From Sminthopsis crassicaudata (Eukaryota): DNA of 64,000 nucleotides. The stretch is from assembly GCF_048593235.1 (NCBI RefSeq), contig NC_133619.1:161276454-161340453 (forward strand), given 5' to 3'. Shown piece after piece: positions 24,785-37,600 of the stretch. Each line of letters opens with the position of its first letter. Positions within the stretch are counted from its first letter, which is position 1. The translations under genes and the position numbers were made by a program. The notes beneath the pieces are model-generated. The model saw nothing but the letters and a program-made list of their open reading frames with translations, ran no database searches and was not told the DNA's origin.

Positions 24785-25030
24785 GCCAGCTCATGTAAAT
24801 ATGGAGAGACAGCTAATCAATGGCATAGAGCACTGAGTTTGGAGCCAGGAAAACTTGAGTTCAAATCCAGCTTCAGACACCTATCAACTGTATGTCATTT
24901 AACTTCTGTCTGCTTCAGTTTTCTTACATGTAAAATGGGGATAATAACGACACCTACCTAACAGGATTGTAGTAGAGACCAAAAGAGATGATATTTGTAA
25001 AAGTATGGGCTTAAGAAATGCTTATATCCT
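24785..25030 (+). mobile_element. MIR SINE, near full length
   Basis: gagcactgagtttggagccaggaaaacttgagttcaaatccagc...cagttttcttacatgtaaaatggggataataac. Confidence 0.85.
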
Positions 25031-26329
25031 TCCTCATAAGCAGAAGTTTCTTTCTAAGATTTCTTTAAAAAAGAAATTTACTAAGTTAAGAAGAAGGAAG
25101 AACTGTCATTTATCCACATTGGTGGAGATATGAAATTACAAATGTTTTTAGATATTTAAGAAGGACAAATATTTTGAATATGTTATATCTCCCTACTAGA
25201 GAATAAGCTCCATGTGGGTGGGAGCCATGTCTAATTTCTTCTTTCTTTGTTCCCCAGGATAATTCTCAGTGATTTGCATGACATGTAATTAAAAATTTCT
25301 GTTCAAAGGAATTTGACTAACTTTGAAACTTATGTTCCATTCTAACAATCAGAATAGCAATTTTGTTCCCCATGTTTGTGAATCTTTACTTGTGATACAA
25401 GAAAGACAACCAAGATAATATGTCGATGGTTATCAAGGCAAATAATTTAGTTATGAAATCATTGGTATTAATAGTAAAATTAGATTATATACTATTTATT
25501 TTATCATCTTATTAAAGATGATATAAATCTAGAGTTTTAAAATCAGTGATAGCATCTTTATCTATACAATGTGGTAAATATAAACTTTTATAATTTTGTA
25601 CAAGGAACCCTGTTTCTTAATAACCAAGGCAAGGATTAAAAATAAGTCATGTTATCCAAATGTGTAAAACAAATAAAAAAAATTTTAAATTACATTCATG
25701 CAATAGTTACAAGTATCTTCAGAGTAAATATTTTTAATGTGCATGATGGGTAGGGGGGGTGAACCCTAAACTTACTTTGTAAAGGATATTTTGACTGCAT
25801 TTCAATGTTATTACTTTCTATTGCAATACTATGATCTTTTTTATTATTACAAAATATTATTAAGAAATAATTGCATAGGTTTCATTCATTAGGCTGCCAA
25901 AATGGTCTACAACAACAGAGGTAAGAAGCCTTGTTTAAGAGCATTCTTATAGTTTTCAATTATAAAAATAAAATGAATGACAGGGAAAGAAGCTACAAAG
26001 GATTAATTAGAATCAGCATATAATTCAAGAACATGACCACCAAACTAAGGAATCAAGCAAAAGTGGCATGAGAAATTAAGGTCAGATCTATAAACTGGGA
26101 TCAGAAACACAAAAATCCAGAAATTTAGCTAATTAGATAGGTATCAGAAACACAGAATGTGAGAACTGATTCAATTCAATAAACATTTGATGAGCTCAAC
26201 ATGCAACGTACACAATTGATGGCAAATAAAGCTCTTACAGTAGGCCACTAAGTCAAAGTCAAAACCATATAAGGTTAAAATTAAATATGGTGGACTCAAC
26301 AGCAAAAAGCCAAAAAACAGCAAAAAGCA

Positions 26330-26790
26330 GCTCACTAGTAAAAAGAGTGGTTGGTGAACTTAAGCACCTGGTCTCATATGGTATTATCTCTTCTTCCATT
26401 TGACCTTGGCTTGAAGGTTAATGCTACATGCCTGAACCACCTGCTTCCCCACAGGATCTCAATGAAATAAATAAAACATGCACATTGAAGTATATCAGAA
26501 AGGGCCAATCTAAGCCCCAGATGACCAATTTTTATAGTGAATGGAATGACTAATGATTTACTTGAAAATACAAGACACAAGCTAACTGGAAAGATTTTGT
26601 ATTTCTTCATGCCATGACTATTTCCTTTTATACTGATCAGAACCAGAGACTGCAGTGTATGTGTTACTTAGCTTTACAAAGCTTTTCAGACTGTCAGCTA
26701 ATTGCTTTTCCTTTAAAATTTGCCAACATAATGAGAGGAAGAAGAGATTGTTGTTATTCTAGAGAGTTGGCCATTAATGGTAAAACATTT
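26330..26790. promoter_or_regulatory. Putative conserved non-coding element
   Basis: Non-repeat complex sequence with TGACCTTGG (NR5A/ERR-type) at 26401-26409, TGTCAG, TAATTG and CCATTAAT. Conservation is not measured. Confidence 0.3.
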
Positions 26791-26819
26791 TTGTAGGAGT
26801 CTAGCCTGTGTGGCTAATT

Positions 26820-26849
26820 AAAGGGGAGGGAGGAAGGAAAAAATGGAGA

Positions 26850-26895
<46 letters not shown>

Positions 26896-26980
26896 AAGGG
26901 AATCAGACACAGACAAAAATAAATATATGTGCATATTTTACATATATATGCATGTATGTATGTATGTATGTGTATACATG
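26820..26980. repeat. (GA)n, G-run and (TATG)n simple repeats
   Basis: Seen directly. Confidence 0.95.
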
Positions 26981-27659
26981 TGCATATCCAGAGACCTCCA
27001 TTATAGTTACTTGAGGTAAAAATTTTAGCAAGCATTAGACTTAATTTCTTTTCTTTTGTATTGGCACAATGAGCAATTCTTTTAGCTCTATCACTTTCCC
27101 ATTAAAAAGCTCAATGTACTTCACATACATATGCTTGTGCTTTTGAGAGTAATCCTGAGATAAGTTTTCCTTTTCCAGTGTTGTGCAATTTTCATTTAAC
27201 ATATTGTGTGGTTAGAGAGGACAAGAAATATAAAAAGATAATATACATCGGGAAGATGATCACTTGTCATAATTTTCCTTTCTCCAGATTTTTCTTTTGA
27301 AATTAATTCTAATCATTGTCTATTCAGTATAGTGTGATTTATATGGTTAGCCTTTGAATTTATTAATTTGTAGGAAATTATATCAAATAGTCAATAAGTA
27401 AGACAAAACTATAATTCAACCTTGGCAGGGGGAATCTCTTAACTACCTACCCAGAGTTAGTGATTTTAAATGCTCACTGAATAAATTACAATATCCTTTG
27501 TAAAGAAGAAGGCAAACAGAATGGAATAGGATGAATTAAAATAGTGGACATGGCAAAGTAGGAGATATAAATACTAAACTGAATTTAATTGACAGCAAAA
27601 AAGAAGAAAGTCATGATACATTCTTAATTTAAGAGTCCTGAGTAATTATTATTGATTAA

Positions 27660-27880
27660 TAATGATGAGGAGGATGAAAGCAATAGCATTTATGTAGTGT
27701 ATTATACTTCCAAATAACTTTATAAGTATTATCTTACTTGAAGTAAGTGATAATATTATCCTCATTTTACAGGTAAAGAAACTGAGGCTAAGAGAGGATA
27801 AATGACTTTTACAGAGACACGTAGCTGGGAATTGTATATGCCAAGATTCAACCACAGTCTTCCTGATTTCAAGTTCAATT
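27660..27880 (-). mobile_element. MIR SINE
   Basis: attatcctcattttacaggtaaagaaactgaggctaagagagg...gattcaaccacagtcttcctgatttc. Confidence 0.8.
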
Positions 27881-29005
27881 CTATAACCATTATACAATCT
27901 ATTTTATTCGCAGAATACATTATAATCCAGGAAATTTTCTCCCAGTAAATCAACTTGGAATAATATATTTTATTTTTGGGGCCAAGAAAATAAGCCATAA
28001 CTTGAGAACTTGTTGCATGTTTAAAAAGTTTCATGTATGCTCAATCATTATTGTCATCTTTATTTTCTTCACAATCCTTTGAGTGAAGCAAAATAATTGA
28101 CTTCTAGCATGAAAAAAAGTGAATCAAAGGAAATAAAATGCTACATAAAATATTTGTTTACTTTTAAAATCAGTTTATATTGGCCCATTCATCTTTGTGT
28201 TTATCTTTAATGTACAGTTCATATGCAAGTGGGTAATGCTTTGATTTAATATTAAAAAAGGTCAATTTCCCCAGCGAACATCAATTTCTCAGCAGAGATT
28301 TACAGAAATGTGCTTTCATTTTTCATATCTTGGATATATGGATTGGAATATTATCTCATGGATATATGTATTTGTGGCTTTCTATGTCTACAGAATTTTC
28401 AGTGAAGTTCCAAGGGTGAATTCCCAGTTTGGCATTATACTTGAATGTGAACTCACAGCCTTTTTGAAACATCCAAATATGGTGTTCAGAACTTTAGGTT
28501 TCTCTGTTTCGTCAATCATTGATGAAAATGCTAATGTCTTAAGTTGTTCAGGGACTTGCATTCTTAAGCTAGTTCAGGCAAGGCTGCAAGGCCTCAGGAG
28601 CTAGGCAAATCACAGCTCAAAGCTAAGAATTCTGTACCTTATTCAGTCAATGACTCAATAGATAATCTTAAGTAAGTTGTTTAACCTCTATTAACTGCTT
28701 AACTTACTCCATCTATAGAAAAAAAAGGCTTAGTGAAGTAAGGCAAAATAAATTTTAGGAGGAGAATAATGAATTTGAGTGATGAATAGGAAAATTTTGC
28801 ACCTACTGTTTTTATAATTTAATTTATGATGCCACATGATAATGAAGGACTTTCAAGCTTGAACTCCCAGACTTCTAGATTTTTTTCTTCTGACACAATC
28901 CTCCAAAGCACAGTTCTAATCATGCTATTCTCCTGCCACAAAACTCTAAATGGTTTCCTATCACTTCTAGGAGAAAGTACAAATTACTCAGTTTTGTACT
29001 TAAAA

Positions 29006-30410
29006 CTTTTATTTATTTATTTATTTATTTTTATTGATTTTATAATTATAAAAAAATTTTTTGACGGTACATATGCATGAGTAATTTTTTCAAATAACAT
29101 TATCCCTTGTATTCATTTTTCCAAATTTTCCCCTCTCTCCCTCTACTCCCTCCCCCAGATGACAGGCAATCCCATACATTTTACATGTGTTACAGTATAA
29201 CCTAGATACATTATATGTGTGTAAATACCATTTTCTTGTTGCACATTAAGTATTGGATTCCAAAGGTATAAGTAACCTGGGTAGATAGACAGTAGTGCTA
29301 ACAGTTTACATTCACTTCCCAGTGTTCCTTCTCTGGGTGTAGTTATTTCTGTCCATCATTGATCAACTGGAAGTGAGTTGGATCTTCTTTATGTTGAAGA
29401 TTTCCACTTCCATCAGAATACATCTTCATACAGCATTGAAGTGTACAGCGATCTTCTCGTTCTATTCATTTCACTCAGCATCAGTTGATGTAAATCTCTC
29501 CAAGCCTCTCTGTATTCGTCCTGCTGGTCATTTTTTACAAAGCAATAATATTCCATAACCTTCATATACCATAATTTACCCAACCATTCTCCAATTGATG
29601 GACATCCATTCATCTTCCAGCTTCTAGCCACTACAAAAGCTGCCACAAACATTTTAGCACATACAGGTCCCTTTCCCTTCTTTAGTATTTCTTTGGGATA
29701 TAAGCCCAGTAGTAGCACTGCTGGATCAGAGGGTGTGCTCAATTTGATAACTTTTTGGGCATAGTTCCAGATTGCTCTCCAGAATGGCCAGATTCTTATA
29801 ACTCCACCAACAATGCATCAGTGTCCCAGGTTTCCCACATCCCCTCCAATATTCATCATTATTTGTTCCTGTCATCTTAGCCAATGTGACAGGTGTGTAG
29901 TGGTATCTCAGAGTTGTCTTAATTTGCATTTCTCTGATCAGTAGTAATTTGGAACACTCTTTCATATGAGTGGAAATAGTCTCAATTTCATTATCTGAGA
30001 ATTGTCTGTTCATATCCTTTGACCATTTATCAATTGGAGAATGGTTTGATTTCTTATAAATTAGGGTTAATTCTCTATATATTTTAGAATTGAGACCTTT
30101 ATCAGAACCTTTAACTGTAAAAATGTTTTCCCAATTTGTTACTTCCCTTCCAATCTTGTTTGCATTAGTAATGTTTGTACAGAAACTTTTTAGTTTGATG
30201 TAATCAAAATCTTCTATTTTGTGATCCATAATGATCTCTAGTTCTCCTCTGGTCATAAATTCCTTCCTCCTCCACAGGTCTGAGAGGTAGACTATTCTCT
30301 GTTCTTCTAATCTATTTATGATCTCATTCTTTATGCCTAAATCATGGACCCATTTTGATTTTATCTTAGTATATGGTGTTAAGTGTGGATCCATATCTAA
30401 TTTCTGCCAT
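29006..30410 (-). mobile_element. Young 5'-truncated L1 (about 1.4 kb)
   Basis: (TTTA)n tail at 29007-29035, 3' UTR and ORF2 C-terminus; candidate 9-bp TSD tacttaaaa at 28997-29005 and 30411-30419. Confidence 0.95.
29413..30394 (-). pseudogene. L1 ORF2 C-terminal remnant with a frameshift near 29790
   Basis: Two ORFs (222 aa and 109 aa) carry L1 ORF2 motifs DPHLTPYTKIKSKW, LIIREMQIKTTLRYHYTP (here LLIREMQIKTTLRYHYTP), CWRGCG-like YWRGCG/HCWW, and GEWLGKLWY. Confidence 0.9.
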
Positions 30411-30755
30411 TACTTAAAATATTACTTTAACAAGTCCAGCATTTCAATTCTTTTCCAGGCTGATTAGAAATTAATCCCTTTCATATATCATACATTCCTA
30501 TCAAAATAGTCTATTTACTCTATCTTGATCAGGTATTCTGCTTTATAAAAGTAAACCCATATTTGGAGACTATTTCCTCCTCACCTTGGCAGTTCACATT
30601 CAAAGAATGCTTTGAGCATTCTCTATCTCTTTCTCAGATTGTCATGTGTGTACTTTTTGCTCTTTCTCTTTTCCACTGTTTCCCCCCCTCTCTCTTTCTT
30701 CTTCCCTCTTTCTCTTATTACTTCTTTCCCTCCCTTCCCCATGCTTCCCTCCCTG

Positions 30756-30992
30756 NNNNNNNNNNNNNNNNNNNNNNNNNNNNNNNNNNNNNNNNNNNNN
30801 NNNNNNNNNNNNNNNNNNNNNNNNNNNNNNNNNNNNNNNNNNNNNNNNNNNNNNNNNNNNNNNNNNNNNNNNNNNNNNNNNNNNNNNNNNNNNNNNNNNN
30901 NNNNNNNNNNNNNNNNNNNNNNNNNNNNNNNNNNNNNNNNNNNNNNNNNNNNNNNNNNNNNNNNNNNNNNNNNNNNNNNNNNNNNNNNNNNN
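30756..30992. other. Assembly gap (237 N) after a pyrimidine-rich simple repeat
   Basis: N run seen directly. Confidence 0.99.
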
Positions 30993-31104
30993 TTGACAAG
31001 CGATAGTATTCAATAGCTCATATTCATATAAGATCACAGAGAAAAAATGGCATTAAAATCTGTGAATCTTTGTTTCAAAAAATATGTATTAAAAACTAGG
31101 ATTA

Positions 31105-31230
31105 CTAAAAGCATCGGTCAGTTTCCCAAAGTCAATCCTCCTTGCTCTGTCTATCCATATTTCATTTGTGAATCTTGATCATCATCCATCTCTGATGTCT
31201 TTTCAACATGCTTATACTGATCTACCAATT
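31105..31230 (-). mobile_element. Possible RTE LINE fragment
   Basis: Reverse complement gatggatgatgatcaagattcacaaatg...ggaggattgactttgggaaactg resembles the RTE region encoding ELNRRKRAGWIAFGKL (recalled, weak). Confidence 0.35.
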
Positions 31231-31723
31231 CTATGTTCAGCTTATTCAAGTCTGTATCAGAATCTGAACAATATGGATTTGCTTCCACAAATGAATGAAT
31301 TTGTAGGGAGTCTAGAGTCATGACTTTTTAAGTAGAGGAAACTCAAGAAATAGAAATTTCACATACTTTGTTTTGGTGGTGAAGCACTAAATGTTTTATT
31401 CAAGGTCAAACATGTCACAGAGGAGGGACGTGGAATCATATTTTTCTTACTCCAAAGGGAACCATCTATCCATTGAGTATATTATTATTTTTTAGCATAT
31501 GACTAGAATACACACTGTGGAAGGCAATATTTTGCTCTGCTGCTTCATGTGCTTTTGGTAATCAAGAAACAACAAGCATAGTGGTATCTTAAATTATCTT
31601 CACTTTTCAGTCAATTTCCTGAATGCAAAACTATTATTTACTCTAGAATATTGTTTTCAAAAACTTACCTTTTGACTATTTACACAAACATTTTGTAGAG
31701 AGATATAAAATAAAGTTTACAGA

Positions 31724-31887
31724 TTACCTGTGATTGATATTTTATCAATGATCTTTCTTTAATAACTATAAAACATACATGTTACTTGATTGGCATTTTA
31801 TCAATGATCTTTCTTTAATAAATATAAAACATACATGTTACCTGTGATTGGCATTTTGTCAATTATATGTCTTTAATAATTATAAAT
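31724..31887. repeat. Minisatellite, about 3 copies of a 56-58 bp unit
   Basis: ttacctgtgattg(a/g)(t/c)attttatcaatgatctttctttaataa(c/a)tataaaacatacatg starting at 31724, 31782 and 31838 (third copy diverged). Confidence 0.9.
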
Positions 31888-32318
31888 GTGATTTTTTTTC
31901 CCTAAGCATTTTGATATTCTTTCCTCTTTTGAATATCTTGGTTGTTAGTTCTCCTATGATTTCAAACTTATATTACTTCCAGTACTATTCTTCTCTCTGT
32001 ACACTTGGTCCAGTTACTACCACTTTGAATTCTTCATATAGAACAATGGAGTTGTGATAATAAATTTAAATATGGTAACTTCATTGCACTGATGGAGTAA
32101 ATTGAGATATATATGTATGTGTATTGTAGATATGTGGATATCCTATGTATACCCACACAAATATATGTCAATATAAAAAACACACACATATGTGTGTATA
32201 TATGTGGGGGTGGATATGTTTATATATAATATATCTATGTATATGTACACCAGATAATGAGAGAGACAGAGAAGAGACAGAGAGTGAGACAGAGACACAG
32301 AGTGAATCTATGTTTTGC

Positions 32319-32447
32319 NNNNNNNNNNNNNNNNNNNNNNNNNNNNNNNNNNNNNNNNNNNNNNNNNNNNNNNNNNNNNNNNNNNNNNNNNNNNNNNNNN
32401 NNNNNNNNNNNNNNNNNNNNNNNNNNNNNNNNNNNNNNNNNNNNNNN
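32319..32447. other. Assembly gap (129 N) after TA/GA simple repeats
   Basis: N run seen directly. Confidence 0.99.
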
Positions 32448-35400
32448 ATCTTATATAATTGCCTCAAGACTTTAGAGGTTAAATGAGTTTCTACAGGTCA
32501 CAAAGTCATATTTAGCAGAAGACAAAATATTGGTATACATTATTAAAAATTATCTGTTATTTCTCTATATACTCCTTAGGTTACCTCTTGTGAGATCCTT
32601 CTTTTTTGTTGTTATCACAAATTTGGCATTTTATAACCAAGAGTTCTGTATCATCTGCAAACCAGATTCTCCATATGTTAACATTTCTACAGCTAAGGAA
32701 ATGCCCATTTAGAACCATCCTTTGTTTCCTTTCTCTCAGCCCATTCCCTATCTAAGAAAAGACATTTTTTCAAATACCATGCTTACTTTCTCTCTATATT
32801 TGATAATATACGCATTAATTCCAGGTAAGAGCAGAACTGAAGTGGGAGGTATGATGATTTTCTAAAATATTTAAATCTCATTACAGATAGTCTCATGTGA
32901 TATGTGTAAAGCTAAATTTTATTGAATCAGGTTTATGAAATGAACCTAGACCTCGAGATGGTGGCCATCTGAGACTCCCTCAAAACACTAACAACATTAT
33001 TGCTTATATCATTGCAATTTCATTCAAGAATATTGTTGTCAATGTATAATCAATGAAACACAACTATTTTCTGTTATAAGTGTGGCCTAATATGGCAAGT
33101 GCTTTTGAGAAAAAAATTTTCTTTCACAAGAAGTGGATTTCAAAGGAACAAATATTAAGACATGAACAATATTATAAAGCTCTAATATGATATGTAGAAT
33201 TTTTAAAAGAACAAAATTTTGCTGACGAAATTTAGACAGAATTTCTTAAATGTGAACTTTATGGGCTAGAGAAAAATTAAAAAGCGAGGTAAAGCAAAGA
33301 CTTAAGTTAACAAGAACATAGAAGACTTTTTACCTAGTTCTGAGGACTTAGTACACAGTATCTGACACATAGTAGGCATTTAATCAATGTTGATTGATTT
33401 CACAATCAGCAAAGAAAATTTTTGAGAAAGTTGTTGCTTCCAAAAAAAGCAGAGAAAGCTGATAAAAACCCAATAATTCTTCCTAGGTCTGAGTAAGACA
33501 TGATTTCATATAAGGGGAAAAGATTGAACCCAGATTCAGGATCTTTTTCACCTACACCTCCTTAAATGTAAAGCTTTCAAAGGTAAAAATAAATCATGAA
33601 ACTTAGAAATGTAATAGTAAGCCAATGTAATCAACCAAGTTATGTAAAAATGTAGAAAGATCAATAAACCAAGGACTATAATCTTCCACTATTTTTTTTT
33701 TAATTTCAAGGAAAGCAATGTAGCAATCTGATTATCTACAAATCTCTGTTTTCACTATATGGTCAAGGTAACTTTCCTTTTGACCATGTATGTCTTCAAT
33801 CATATTTTTCATGACATATCTGATAAGTCATCATTTGTAATATGTAACATGTTTAAACTCACCTTGTGTTTTTCTACTGTCTTTTGGTCCACTTATAATT
33901 TTGATTCTTCCAAAATTCAGCTATTCACAAATGTATAGCATAACAAGAAGAATATTGGTATGAATAGAATTATTTCATTAGATACTAGCATAGAATTATT
34001 TTTAAATGCTGCAAAATTTCTTAATTAACTGCCTTTCCCTTCTCTTTCCTCCACTTTTCCTTTCCTATTTAACTCTGTTTATACATAGGGTCAAAACTGA
34101 TTATCTTCCTTTAAAAGTATTCTTCATTTCAATTCAATAAAAATTTACAAAACATTTTCTATGCAGAGCACTGTCCTAGATGTTCAGAAAGACACAAAAT
34201 TTGGAGAATACATAATTCTTCATAAAGTTAACATTCTGGTTAGGGATTATGTCCCTTACACAAATAACCATAATACATAAAAATACATATAGGTGAAAAA
34301 CAATTTTAATTTTATGGCCTATCATATTTTCAACACATACAGTTGATATAAATTGGAAATGATTCTGTTATTAAGATGTTAGCTTTTGAATTAGATGCAA
34401 CATCTTAGTTCAAGTTTGTTCTTTTTTATGAAAATAGTTAAGTAGTACTAATGATTTTGCTCTATTATTATGACCCATAAAAGTAAAAAATGTCATAATT
34501 TTATGGTAACAATGCAAAGAAGTCAGTGATTATTGTTCAACACTGTATGAACCAACTACTTGAAAATGGCATTTCCACAATTAGAAAAATTAATGCTTGG
34601 AATTATACTTATGGTAATAGAAAGGTTAGGGACATTTTAGTGTGCTCTCATGTATTTTTTGAAAAGCAACTACAAAGATAGTTGTATTTAATATTAAAGA
34701 CTGATGTTAATTGTCTCTTCAGATGAGATCAAAATGGGGAAAAGGCAGTGTACTATGATATCCAATGGATAACATTTAAATGATCATCTAGAAACTGACA
34801 TCTATACTTTAGAATTTCTTATGTATGAAAGAGTGAAAGTACATAAATGATTTTAATTAAGTGCATTACATTGAGTGATAGAAATTTCAACTCTATAGAT
34901 CTGAAATTTATATCTTTGAGTTTAATCTCAAGATTACATTAGAAAAAAAGGAACTGACAGTATAAAACAAAATTGACATGATTACAATAAAGAAATACTC
35001 TCTTTGAAGAGGACAGTCTAAATTTCATAAAAGACTTCCACTGAAACAGCAGATTTACCCAAGCTCTCAATTATGTTGGCCAAGAGAAGAATTATAACTG
35101 ATGCCTTTTGTTTGTAATTTCTAGGGAAATTTGAACTGAAGGCAAAGTACATACATAAAAATCATGCACATTGTATATTTCTATAACTAAGAATTAAAAA
35201 TAATATGCATTTTGGTTTTTTTAATATAAAATACTGCCAATGAATTATTTTGGGGAATATTTTTTTAGATTTCTGCCCAGCATATCAGATTGTCATTTTT
35301 CTGTGTAAAGCATATGTTAGATATTTTCCAGAAGTTGCAATGGTCAAAAGCACATCACCTAGTAGCTGATAGCAAAAACAACCCATTTTCAATAATGTAT

Positions 35401-36119
35401 TCCAAGCTTCTCTAGGGTAATAGAACCTAGAGCAAGTTTTATCCCATCAACAAAATCTCTGGGATTTTAAAATTTAAATCAATGATCCCTTTTAGAAGTT
35501 ATAATACCCTCTTTTTGTTCATCTTATTTCATTATAATTGTTATTCCTTTCTCTCTAGACATAGAGGTAGAGTAGTAAGTTATATTTATAGATATATATT
35601 TATGATTGATGCTAATTAAAATATCAATTCAAATAAATCAATCAGCAAGCATTTTATTTTACATTCCATAATGTCCTCTTTGAAAATGAAGGATAAAATT
35701 TAGTACCTACTCTGTAGTAGGCATTATGCTATATACTAGAGACACAGACATGCATGATATAGTCTCTAACTTCAAGAAATTTAAATTCTATAGGGGAAAT
35801 AATGTACACATAAATATAGATGCACAAGTATACAAATTACATACAGAATATATACATGATAATTAAAGGTGGTAACAGCTAGGAAGATTAGAAAAGATTA
35901 AATGTATGAGATGGAATTTATCCTTAACTTTGAGAAAAACTATAATACAAGAGGTAGTGATGATCACTTTTCAGACTTAGGATGTTCAATGTCAGGGAAG
36001 TAGTATCTGAATTTTGATTTGTAAGGAAAAAAAAGTATCCCAATTTGTACTGATGCATGCATAAAAGAAAATAATTTGTGACAAGTCTGGAAAAGTAGTT
36101 GGTTTTATTGATTCTAAGT

Positions 36120-36300
36120 CCAGCATTCTATCCATTAAGCCATCTACCTGTTAGAAGGGATCTTAAGTATTATCTACTCCAATCATCTCATTTATAAATG
36201 AGATAACTGACTCTTATAGAGATTAAGTTACTTGTCCAAGGTACCATAATCAGAAGTAGGGTATGAATTCAGATCATCTAAAACCAGAGCTCAATTCACT
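36120..36300 (-). mobile_element. MIR SINE(s)
   Basis: gaagggatcttaagtattatctactccaatcatctcatttataaatgagataactga...gttacttgtccaaggt...tgaattcagatc. Confidence 0.7.
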
Positions 36301-37530
36301 CTCAGAACCCATGTTGCAGAGACATCCATCAGTTCAGAATCAATTGTTCCAAATGACACAGGGCATGTGCTTATAAAAATACTTATAACAATACCAAAAT
36401 TGACCAGATGTTGATGATCATTAGACTGACTCATTAATTCTAAACAAGCTAAAGAATTAACTTTGTTAGAGCAATGAATTAATTTAAGCTCAAGAGATTT
36501 GCTGAGAGTCACCCATGAGAAGGTACAGTCTTGGTCCTGGGATTCTATTCTTCTCTATTACCATATTTAAGTTATTAGGACTCTCTAATATTCCCTACCA
36601 TAAAGTTTAGAATCCATGTGAGTTCTTCCCATGTATTTGGGAATAAAAGAGTGCTGACGGATGGGTACTGTTCTGACTCTTCTGTCATCATTGTAGGAAA
36701 AATATAATATATGATTTGTCATTCTCAGATCACTGAAGAATCACAGAAGGTGAGGGAAAGGATAACTCAATACTGTCAATGAGCACTTGTTCAAAAATTT
36801 CAGGATAAAGCTTTCCTTTCTGCTAACATCCTGAGAGATTATTGAAAAGCCAGGCATTGACAAATTTTGCCACATCCATTTAGTAACAGAAGACATTAAA
36901 CCTGAAGTTAGAACCACTGAGATAATATGTACAATATGTAGGATCATAAATCCATAACTTATTTTACTCAATAAATCATAACATGAGGTTTAATGGCCCA
37001 AACTTTAGTTGATTTTCCCACAAATCTGCTATGTTACTTTAACCAAATCTCTCATGGGTTTGATTCATCTTTATCTGTAAAGAGAGTTGGAATTCAGGAG
37101 GAATTTCCCAGAATGTCTATGAAATATAATAGCAATCACATTTCTTTTTAACACAATTTTGAATAATTGTAATAGCACAATTTTCAAATAAAAAAGTTGT
37201 ATTTAAATCAATTCTTCACTTTGTGATGGTGTGCAAAATCTTTTCAGGCCATAAAGTTAAGAATTCTTCACAATTCCCAGTAATACATTAGTTGATTAAT
37301 CCATAAATATCCCAAGAATAACTTTCCTATAGAAATTTTATAATTTCTTTTCAAAGGAAAAGTAGATATAAGTAGGTACTGTTACTTCTGTATTGCCAAA
37401 GATAGCTTAAAAGAGGTGACACAAAGAAGATCAGTAAAGACGATCCTGTATATGAGTAGAAGAGCAGGAAAGTCATAGAGTGAGAATGAACTTTTGACTT
37501 GTCCTCCATAACTACCATTTTATTCAAGAA

Positions 37531-37600
37531 GATTGGCAACCAGGAAGCATAAGGGATGGGACCCTGTTGGAAAAGCCACTGATCCAGTGGTCTATAAAAG
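37531..37600 (+). promoter_or_regulatory. Core-promoter-like motif cluster
   Basis: ATTGG (37532-37536), CAGGAAG (37541-37547), palindrome ccactg-atc-cagtgg (37576-37590) and TATAAAAG (37593-37600). Confidence 0.25.

Noticed and set aside
26808-27035. Low-complexity ORFs (also 56734-57048 and 60329-60625)
   Set aside because: Translations of GA, TG and TATG microsatellites.
28308-28604. 98-aa ORF with an internal acceptor-like site
   Set aside because: No recognisable domain, weak donor, and length within chance expectation for 64 kb.
36291-36971. Two same-frame minus-strand ORFs and an LLMGDSQQI string reminiscent of the Mononegavirales L GDNQ motif (possible endogenous viral element)
   Set aside because: The MGDSQ nucleotides (gggtgactctcagcaaatctctt) read as a decayed MIR core (gtgaccttgggcaagtcactt). 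The spacing to the upstream KLW-like triplet is 83 nt versus about 69 expected and in another frame, and there are multiple stops. A tBLASTn against viral L proteins would settle it.
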